A DNA stretch of 6,309 nt from Candidatus Helarchaeota ASGARD archaeon Hel_GB_B (GCA_005191425.1 SUPR01000156.1:1-6309); one strand, 5' to 3'. Shown: positions 1-5,914, numbered from the stretch's first letter. Notes: generated by a model from the sequence alone, not told the origin. Translations and numbers: made by a program.

Positions 1-312
1 GGACCCGGTAATTAAAATATTATACTTATCTTTATTAACATCATACTCGCCTTTAATATAATTTTTCCATTTTGCATATTTATGAATTTCATCAAAAATA
101 ATTAGAGACGCTTCCGGATCAAAACGAGAATTTAAAATATCTTTTCTATCCCTGTGATTATCCCAATTTAAATACATATATTTCCCATATTCAGATTGAC
201 CTATTTGCTTAGCTAAGGTAGTTTTCCCGACCTGACGAGGACCACCAATAAAAACCATTTTATCCTTTAAATCATTTTTAATATATTTAAATATATTTCT
301 TTTTTTATCCAT
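1..312 (-). CDS. AAA+ ATPase (AAA_14 family, probably with DUF4143), 5' part only; runs off the left edge
   Basis: Not in the ORF track; translated by hand from ATG at 312: MDKKRNIFKYIKNDLKDKMVFIGGPRQVGKTTLAKQIG...LIIFDEIHKYAKWKNYIKGEYD...NILITGS. Walker A GPRQVGKTT, Walker B IIFDE and the ITGS motif match the two complete ATPases in the window. Confidence 0.9.
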   Translation of the reverse strand, partial: MDKKRNIFKYIKNDLKDKMVFIGGPRQVGKTTLAKQIGQSEYGKYMYLNWDNHRDRKDILNSRFDPEASLIIFDEIHKYAKWKNYIKGEYDVNKDKYNILITGS

Positions 313-346
313 TTTACTTAATATTAGTTAAAATAATTACAAGAAT

Positions 347-374
347 ATTATACCATAGTCAATAAAAATGTCAA
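347..374 (-). promoter_or_regulatory. Consensus sigma70 promoter for the left ATPase
   Basis: Minus strand reads TTGACA (374-369), a 16-nt spacer, then TATAAT (352-347) preceded by TG-G (extended -10). It lies 34 nt upstream of the ATG at 312. Confidence 0.7.
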
Positions 375-432
375 GATTTTTATACTATTGTAAAAAATTA
401 TTTTAGTTAATTCAGAGATATAATTAATTATA

Positions 433-483
433 TTTTTAGCTATCGAGTAGCTTTAAAGCTACTCGGTAGCTAAAAAACTCAAA
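433..483. repeat. Long palindromic element, copy 1 (44-bp palindrome with 1 mismatch plus an AACTCAAA tail)
   Basis: TTTTTAGCTATCGAGTAGCTTT|AAAGCTACTCGGTAGCTAAAAA at 433-476; near-identical to 5915-5960. Confidence 0.9.
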
Positions 484-587
484 CTCGCAATCAAATATGT
501 AAGTGAACTTATTTAAAACGCTTACATCAAAGCAGTTAAAAATTTATAAAGCAAAATTTTATTGAACAACAAAATTAAAAATAAAAA

Positions 588-1709
588 CTAGAGAATAAAA
601 TCCAAATAATTATTCTGACTAATTACTTCATATTCCGCATTATCATAAGTTTCTTTCCAAAGCTTCGGTTCTTTTACTTTTTTATCACCCCACTTAAATT
701 CAAAACCAAATAATTTTCCGTCCCGCTCTTCAACCCAATCAATTTCTTTTTGGTCATAAGTCCGCCAAAAATAATTATTGGTATAAATTGGCGTATATGC
801 CTGCTTCTTTAAGCGCTCCATAACAAGAAAATTTTCCCAGAGCTGACCAATATCATTTCTATCTGCTAAGGAATTAAACTGAGAAATAATTGCATTCCTA
901 ACACCATTATCATAAAAATAATATTTATATTTACGGCTTAATTCTTTTCTTAAATTACGGCTAAAAGAACCAAGACTTTTAATCACAAAACCTTTTTCTA
1001 AAATATCAAGATAACGATCAACTGTTTTTACATCAAGCTTTACCTGCCTTGCTAATTCATTCAAAGATACTTCGCTTCCCACTTGAAAAGCTAAAAGTTT
1101 TAACAATTTCATTAACACACTTGATGATTTAATTTTTTCTAATAATAAAACATCTTTCAGTAAATAAGAATTGCTTATTTCTTCTAAAACATTTATTTTT
1201 TCTTGCTTGCTAGCACTAGTAATACATTCTGGATAAGAACCAAAAATTAAAAAATCTTCTAATTTTTCTTTAAGTTCATACTTATTATACTTATTTAATA
1301 ATTCTTTCTGTGAAAGCGGATAAATATTTTTAGTTATTTTCCTCCCAGTAAGAGGCTCTCCTATTTTTTGAGATAAATCAAAAGAAGCTGAACCACTAAC
1401 TATAATCATTAAACCTGGAACTTGATCAATTAATATTTTTAAACCCATCCCAACATTAGGTATCTGCTGAGCTTCATCTACAACAATTAATTCATAACCA
1501 TGAGCATAAGACAGAATTTGATCAAAATCTTGAGAACTTAATATTTCTTGAGTTTTTATATTATCACCTGAATCAAGTTTATATTTTAGTTTTGTTTGTT
1601 TTAAAAATTCCTGTAATAAAGTCGTTTTTCCAACCCTCCTAGGACCATAAATAACTAAAACTTTTTGTTTTTTAAGTAAGTTATTCAAATTATAAGATCT
1701 TTTTAACAT
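588..1709 (-). CDS. AAA+ ATPase, AAA_14 + DUF4143 (C-terminal PD-(D/E)xK-like) family, 373 aa
   Basis: Walker A GPRRVGKTT, Walker B IVVDEAQ, SGSAS and EPLTGR motifs, an HTH-like segment (SLNELARQVKLDVKTVDRYLDILE), KYYFYDNG, and C-terminal EIDW...FEFKW. Confidence 0.92.
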   Translation of the reverse strand: MLKRSYNLNNLLKKQKVLVIYGPRRVGKTTLLQEFLKQTKLKYKLDSGDNIKTQEILSSQDFDQILSYAHGYELIVVDEAQQIPNVGMGLKILIDQVPGLMIIVSGSASFDLSQKIGEPLTGRKITKNIYPLSQKELLNKYNKYELKEKLEDFLIFGSYPECITSASKQEKINVLEEISNSYLLKDVLLLEKIKSSSVLMKLLKLLAFQVGSEVSLNELARQVKLDVKTVDRYLDILEKGFVIKSLGSFSRNLRKELSRKYKYYFYDNGVRNAIISQFNSLADRNDIGQLWENFLVMERLKKQAYTPIYTNNYFWRTYDQKEIDWVEERDGKLFGFEFKWGDKKVKEPKLWKETYDNAEYEVISQNNYLDFIL

Positions 1710-1720
1710 ATTATTCCTTA

Positions 1721-1767
1721 TATTATTATAAATTTATGGAGTTATAGTCCATAAATTTATAATAATA
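1721..1767. promoter_or_regulatory. Perfect 20-bp inverted repeat (7-nt spacer) upstream of the ATPase; operator-like
   Basis: TATTATTATAAATTTATGGA-GTTATAG-TCCATAAATTTATAATAATA. The arms are exact reverse complements; a regulatory role is inference. Confidence 0.7.
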
Positions 1768-1787
1768 CAAACTTATAGTATTGTCAA
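1759..1787 (-). promoter_or_regulatory. sigma70-like promoter for the 588..1709 ATPase
   Basis: Minus strand TTGACA (1787-1782), a 17-nt spacer, then TATTAT (1764-1759). The -10 box lies inside the inverted-repeat arm. Confidence 0.6.
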
Positions 1788-1801
1788 TATGTTTATATTT
1801 C

Positions 1802-1897
1802 CTTAATTCCGTCAATAGACTGACTGAATTTAGCTTAATTCCGTCAATGAACTGACTGAATTTATATAATTTCCGTCAATGAACTGACTGAATTTAA
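1802..1897. repeat. Tandem repeat, 3 x 32 bp, each unit internally palindromic
   Basis: 26-bp core TTCCGTCAAT(GA/AG)ACTGACTGAATTTA at 1807, 1839 and 1871, an exact 32-bp period. Internal dyad is AATTCCGTCA-N6-TGACTGAATT. Confidence 0.92.
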
Positions 1898-2027
1898 AAA
1901 TATAAACTAAAAATTAAGCTTAATTTTCCTATTTATAAAATAGTATTTTATATTTGGTCATACTATTTATAATAGTAATACACAAACATAATAATAATTC
2001 ATAAAAAAATTTAAATTTATTTGCTAT

Positions 2028-2057
2028 CGTAGAGACGCGATTAATCGCGTCTCTACG
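2028..2057. repeat. GTAG-type REP-like perfect palindrome (30 bp)
   Basis: CGTAGAGACGCGATT|AATCGCGTCTCTACG. The GTAG...CTAC architecture is typical of REP elements associated with RAYT tyrosine transposases. Confidence 0.8.
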
Positions 2058-2155
2058 GACAAAACACCACCCGAAACCTATATAAGCACAAAAATCTTGG
2101 AATACAGACAAATCCTAATATCTCACCATAAAAATAATAATAAAATAATCAATTC

Positions 2156-2184
2156 ACCCCGTTAGACTTTTATTTAACTGGGGT
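2156..2184. other. Stem-loop immediately 3' of the DUF1566 gene stop (possible DGR recognition hairpin or terminator)
   Basis: ACCCC-GTTAGA-cttttA-TTTAAC-t-GGGGT: a 5-bp and a 6-bp stem with one bulge and one G.T pair, abutting the TGA. Confidence 0.45.
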
Positions 2185-2336
2185 CACCGGCAGACGCAAC
2201 GGGCATAGAAGTTAATTACCTTAATAATGTAACCAGTGCTCCCGTAGCCCAAGCCGACGTGCCAGGCACCGCCGGCACCACCATAGTCCTCGGTCGACGA
2301 CCAATAGTTGATAGCTGAATTAGGTATATTATTAGC
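2184..2336 (-). other. Putative DGR variable region VR1
   Basis: Collinear, gap-free alignment with 3599-3751. Over the last 42 codons 22 of 27 differences are at codon positions 1/2, and the final 24 nt are identical. Confidence 0.75.
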
Positions 2337-3056
2337 AGAACCATCTACATAAGCTATCATTAATTCTTTCTGGCTTGGCAAATACCAATCTGTCTCATCT
2401 ATTCCGTCACCATCCGCATCTAAACTTAAAGATTCACAAAAATCAACGCTATCTCCGCCTTCGGCATCCAATCCGTCATCTGTATCAGCAATAACGCCGT
2501 CTAAAGTAAAGCTATTTTCTATCTCATCACAAGACCCGTCCTGCGCTGATGAATAACAATCCGACCAATAAAGCCCAGTACGCGCGTCTCGCTTTACCAC
2601 CCCGGAAGCAATCGTCTCTGACCCCAGACTGGTATCAGTCGTACTTGCCCAAGCACCTTCTTCCTTATTCATATCAACCCCGCCCGCATAAGCCGAAGCC
2701 AAATCACTAGAAGTCGCGGCTTCATCACCTTTCCAATCGTCCCAGATTTGGTTTTTGAAATTCTGATAATTTATTATCGGTCCGGCATTACCATCCACAT
2801 AAACATCCTGAATAAATTCAAGCCTTTCAATAATAGACCCATCAGCATTTTCCCCAACTTGAGTTGAAGAAAAATCATTATCCGCATTATTCGCCCCCAA
2901 AATATTCTCCGTAAAATCTTGATCCGAAGCGGACGGAGCTACAGTCGGTTCAATAAAAGAAGCGCGAGTATAATAAAGTCCGGCAGAAATTAAAGCAATG
3001 CTAATCACAAGCGTCAATAATAATTTGTTTTTAAAAATAAAATTGTTTTTTTTCAT
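2184..3056 (-). CDS. Membrane-anchored/secreted DUF1566 (Lcl C-terminal, C-type lectin fold) protein, 290 aa; putative DGR target
   Basis: N-terminal basic then hydrophobic segment (LLLTLVISIALISAGLYY), an acidic stalk, and DUF1566-type motifs RTGLYW..C, FC..L, DWYLPSQKEL and YWSSTE...AW.V...G...K...ARCV. Confidence 0.85.
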   Translation of the reverse strand: MKKNNFIFKNKLLLTLVISIALISAGLYYTRASFIEPTVAPSASDQDFTENILGANNADNDFSSTQVGENADGSIIERLEFIQDVYVDGNAGPIINYQNFKNQIWDDWKGDEAATSSDLASAYAGGVDMNKEEGAWASTTDTSLGSETIASGVVKRDARTGLYWSDCYSSAQDGSCDEIENSFTLDGVIADTDDGLDAEGGDSVDFCESLSLDADGDGIDETDWYLPSQKELMIAYVDGSANNIPNSAINYWSSTEDYGGAGGAWHVGLGYGSTGYIIKVINFYARCVCR

Positions 3057-3073
3057 AAATATTATAAGCGAAA

Positions 3074-3110
3074 TTAACGCTGATTATTACGCCGAAATTA
3101 CGCAAAATTT
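3074..3110. repeat. Inverted-repeat arm downstream of the GxxExxY gene
   Basis: TTAACGCTGATTATTACGCCGAAATTACGCAAAATTT matches the reverse complement of 3546-3582 at 30/37 positions. Confidence 0.75.
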
Positions 3111-3114
3111 TTAA

Positions 3115-3516
3115 TTAATGTTTTGCTTTATTTCTGGCAGTTTCATATATTACACGTTTAATTACTAATTCTGTTGGAGAAAAATTTATCAAAAATCCAA
3201 GTTTATAGCTTGAACCTTTTAAATATTTCCAAAATTGATCAATATCACCTTTAGTTAAAACTGCTTTGCATTTTAATTCTATAATAATTTTATTTTCAAC
3301 AATTACATCAGGAATATATGTACCCACTTTTATACCTTTAAAATAAATATCAATTCTTTTTTGCGATTCAATTGTTAGCCCTTTATATTTTAAAGCAATT
3401 TGCAAGGATCTATCAATAACACTTTCTTTAAATGCCCCTCCAAATTCATTCCAAACCTCAAAACAAGCCCCACGAATCAAATAAGATTCTTTTTCATACA
3501 ACAGCTTATTAACCAT
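3115..3516 (-). CDS. GxxExxY family protein (PD-(D/E)xK nuclease-like, PDDEXK_3), 133 aa
   Basis: Typical length and motifs: IRGACFEVWNEFGGAFKESV, PDVIVENKIIIELK, YLKGSSYKLGFLINF. Confidence 0.88.
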   Translation of the reverse strand: MVNKLLYEKESYLIRGACFEVWNEFGGAFKESVIDRSLQIALKYKGLTIESQKRIDIYFKGIKVGTYIPDVIVENKIIIELKCKAVLTKGDIDQFWKYLKGSSYKLGFLINFSPTELVIKRVIYETARNKAKH

Positions 3517-3545
3517 AATTATAAACTTAAAAGCTAATCAAACAT

Positions 3546-3582
3546 AAATTCAGCGTAAATTCCGCATAATAATCCGCGTCAA
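3546..3582. repeat. Inverted-repeat arm upstream of the GxxExxY gene
   Basis: AAATTCAGCGTAAATTCCGCATAATAATCCGCGTCAA; partner of 3074-3110. Confidence 0.75.
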
Positions 3583-3598
3583 TCTCTGCAGCACACAA

Positions 3599-3751
3599 TC
3601 ACCGGCAGACGCAACGGGCATAGCCATTACCTGCCTTACTGCCGTTACCAGTGTCCCCATTGTACAAGTAGACGAGCCAGGCGTAGCCGGCATTACCATA
3701 GCCCTCGGTAGACGACCAATAGTTGGTGGCTGGATTAGGTATATTATTAGC
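3599..3751 (-). other. Putative DGR variable region VR2
   Basis: Same evidence as VR1. Scaffold codons are identical (TGG, GAG, GCC, GTC, TTG, GGG, ACT, AAG, CGT, TGC, CGG) while NNY codons vary. Confidence 0.75.
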
Positions 3752-4525
3752 AACTCCATTAATATAAGCCTGCATCAGCTCCTTCTGCGTCGGTAACCTC
3801 CAATCAGTTTCATCCGTTCCATCGCCATCCGCATCAAGGGACAAATCCAAACAATAATCAATTGCCGACCCATCACCGTCATCATCATAACAATAATAAT
3901 CTTCCGAACAGCAATTGCCGTTAATAATATCCGCGTCACTACAATCATAACCACTGCCGTCCCCTGAACAGCCCCCATCATCCCAAATATCAAAATCATT
4001 ATCAATCGTATCGCAGGATCCTTGACCGGAAGTAGAATCATAACAATCCGCCCAATAAAGTCCGGTACGAACGTCTTTTTTTACCAGCCCGGAAGCCACC
4101 AAAGATCCATTCAAATCTGTATCAGTAGAACTGGCCCAAGTCCCCTCTTCTCCCGTATACTCAGGGTCAGAAGCCGCGCAAGCCGAATCCTCTGTTTCAT
4201 CATTATTATTAGCACAATTATAATCGTCATAAACCTGATATTGCTGGGGAGCCGAATCAAACATGTTTGACTGGATATAATCCAAACGCTCAATAATACT
4301 TCCGCTTGAGCTCGCCGTAACCAAAGAAGAATCATAATCATTATCAGCATTATTCGCCCCCAAAATATTTTCCGGAAAATCCTGGTCACTTGAGCTCGGA
4401 GCCACAGTCGGCTCGGTAAAGGCGGCGAAGATATGGATTGTTGTTCCGGCGATAATGCTTAAAACAAAAATAGTTAAACTAAGCCAGAGAAGATTCTTTA
4501 ATTTTTCTATTATTTTATATTTCAT
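3599..4525 (-). CDS. Membrane-anchored/secreted DUF1566 (C-type lectin fold) protein, 308 aa, Cys/Asp-rich; putative DGR target; paralog of 2184..3056
   Basis: Hydrophobic N-terminus (LLWLSLTIFVLSIIAGTTIHIF), stalk FTEPTVAPSSSDQDFPENILGANNADND shared with the paralog, and motifs RTGLYWADC, YCLDL, DWRLPTQKEL, YWSSTE...AWLV...ARCVCR. Confidence 0.85.
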   Translation of the reverse strand: MKYKIIEKLKNLLWLSLTIFVLSIIAGTTIHIFAAFTEPTVAPSSSDQDFPENILGANNADNDYDSSLVTASSSGSIIERLDYIQSNMFDSAPQQYQVYDDYNCANNNDETEDSACAASDPEYTGEEGTWASSTDTDLNGSLVASGLVKKDVRTGLYWADCYDSTSGQGSCDTIDNDFDIWDDGGCSGDGSGYDCSDADIINGNCCSEDYYCYDDDGDGSAIDYCLDLSLDADGDGTDETDWRLPTQKELMQAYINGVANNIPNPATNYWSSTEGYGNAGYAWLVYLYNGDTGNGSKAGNGYARCVCR

Positions 4526-4572
4526 ATTTTTTTTATTTTAATAATTTAAAATTTTTTTTAACTACCATATTT

Positions 4573-4589
4573 TAGCTACTCAGTAGCTA
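4573..4589. repeat. Single half-unit of the long palindromic element
   Basis: TAGCTACTCAGTAGCTA is 15/17 identical to AAGCTACTCGGTAGCTA (5934-5950) and ends 7 nt from the ATPase stop codon. Confidence 0.7.
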
Positions 4590-4596
4590 TTATTCT

Positions 4597-5778
4597 TTAA
4601 AATATTTCTCCACCCCAGATATAATCATTATAATTTGGCGAACTATATCTCCCGATTAAACGACTTTTTTTAACCCCAGCTTTTTTTGATAATAAGGAAA
4701 GATCTGACTGTTCTCCTAAAATAGGTTTTTCCTTAATTTCAAAAGCTTCCTTTTTATTAAAAATAAAATCAATTTCTCTCCCATTTTTTAAAGCATAATA
4801 TTGGATATCACCCTGTGCGTATAGTTGATTAAAAACTGCATTCTCAAACTTTGCACCACTATTTAAGTCTGAAAGAATTCCTGCTAAGCCATTATCTAAA
4901 AAATAGAGCTTTTTTGCTTTAACAATTTCTCTCTCGGGACTTTTTGTAAAAACCGGCACTCTTTTTATCAAATAAGTTTTTTCAAATAAATCAAGATAAT
5001 TAAGAACTGTCGGCCGACTAAATCCACAACTACGCGATAATTTTGAATAATCTAAACGAGTAGCAACACGGACTGACAATAATTTAAGTAAATTATAAAT
5101 ATCATGTTCTTTTCTAAAATCCAAAAGTGATTTTATATCAATATTAATATAAGAACTAATAATATCAAATAAAATATCTTTTTTTTGATCAGTACTCTCT
5201 GCTAAAGCAACTTCCGGAAAACCGCCATATTCAATATATTCTTCATAATAATGTCTCAAAGCTTCGTAAGCAGTTTTATTAAATTTTTTATCCTGCCACT
5301 TAAGTTCTTTTTTCCATGAAACATTTTTAAAACCCAAATATTCTCCAAAGTCTAAAGGAAAAAGCTCAAAAATCTTTTTACGCCCGGCTAACGATTCTGA
5401 AAATAAATCTTTAAGATAATATGAACTTGATCCGGTAGCAATTATTTTAATATTATAATTATCATAAAAATATTTTAAAACACTGGCAATTTTCGGTAAA
5501 AGTTGAATTTCATCAAAAGCCAAGAAAATTTTTTTCTTAATATCAATCCCCGAATTTTCCAGATCACGCATGATATTATCATAATTACTTTGAGAAAAAA
5601 GTTCACGATTATCCAATCGTTCCAAATCAATATACAACTTATTATCAGAATCAACTTCCCTTAGGAGCTCTTTTATAATGGTAGTTTTCCCGGTCCGTCG
5701 CATTCCAGTCAAAATACTAATTTGCTTTTGCTTAAGATGATCTTTTATTTTAGGATATAATTTTCTAAATAAAAACAT
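4597..5778 (-). CDS. AAA+ ATPase, AAA_14 + DUF4143 family, 393 aa
   Basis: Walker A GMRRTGKTT, Walker B LAFDEIQ, ATGSSS, ESLAGR, YGGFPE, an HTH-like segment (YSKLSRSCGFSRPTVLNYLDLFE), KLYFLDNG, and EIDF...FEIK. Confidence 0.92.
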   Translation of the reverse strand: MFLFRKLYPKIKDHLKQKQISILTGMRRTGKTTIIKELLREVDSDNKLYIDLERLDNRELFSQSNYDNIMRDLENSGIDIKKKIFLAFDEIQLLPKIASVLKYFYDNYNIKIIATGSSSYYLKDLFSESLAGRKKIFELFPLDFGEYLGFKNVSWKKELKWQDKKFNKTAYEALRHYYEEYIEYGGFPEVALAESTDQKKDILFDIISSYINIDIKSLLDFRKEHDIYNLLKLLSVRVATRLDYSKLSRSCGFSRPTVLNYLDLFEKTYLIKRVPVFTKSPEREIVKAKKLYFLDNGLAGILSDLNSGAKFENAVFNQLYAQGDIQYYALKNGREIDFIFNKKEAFEIKEKPILGEQSDLSLLSKKAGVKKSRLIGRYSSPNYNDYIWGGEIF

Positions 5779-5885
5779 ATTTTTAGATTTGCAAGAAAAC
5801 TACTTATAGTCTTCCCTTTTGTCATACTAAATTTATTTCTAATTATAAATTAGTATTTTACATTTAGTAATACTATTTATAAAGT

Positions 5886-5914
5886 AGTATATAATATTTA
5901 CTAGTCTTTGTCAA
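5886..5914 (-). promoter_or_regulatory. sigma70-like promoter for the 4597..5778 ATPase
   Basis: Minus strand TTGACA (5914-5909), a 17-nt spacer, then TATACT (5891-5886). It directly abuts the 36-bp palindrome. Confidence 0.65.

Noticed and set aside
433-476. Rho-independent terminator call for the long palindromes
   Set aside because: There is no U-tract 3' of the stem on either strand; both orientations are followed by A-runs.
1802-1897. CRISPR array
   Set aside because: The units are contiguous 32-bp repeats with only 6 variable nt between cores. There are no unique spacers and no cas genes in the window.
1929-2111. 60-aa ORF
   Set aside because: It reads through the REP palindrome (RRDAINRVST) and low-complexity AT-rich DNA with no recognisable motif, so it is probably spurious.
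2161-2178. Integron attC site (GTTAGAC and ATTTAAC fit GTTRRRY and RYYYAAC)
   Set aside because: The boxes are in the wrong order, only 4 nt apart, and lack the L boxes. No integrase is in view.
3550-3759. 69-aa minus-strand ORF as a TR-encoded or separate gene
   Set aside because: It is an alternative frame of the DUF1566 gene's VR and is not an adenine-rich template copy.
3775-4389. ORFs 3775..4041 (-), 4022..4270 (+) and 4111..4389 (-)
   Set aside because: These are shadow frames fully inside the 3599..4525 CDS; their Met/Ile-rich composition mirrors the Asp/Asn-rich real frame.
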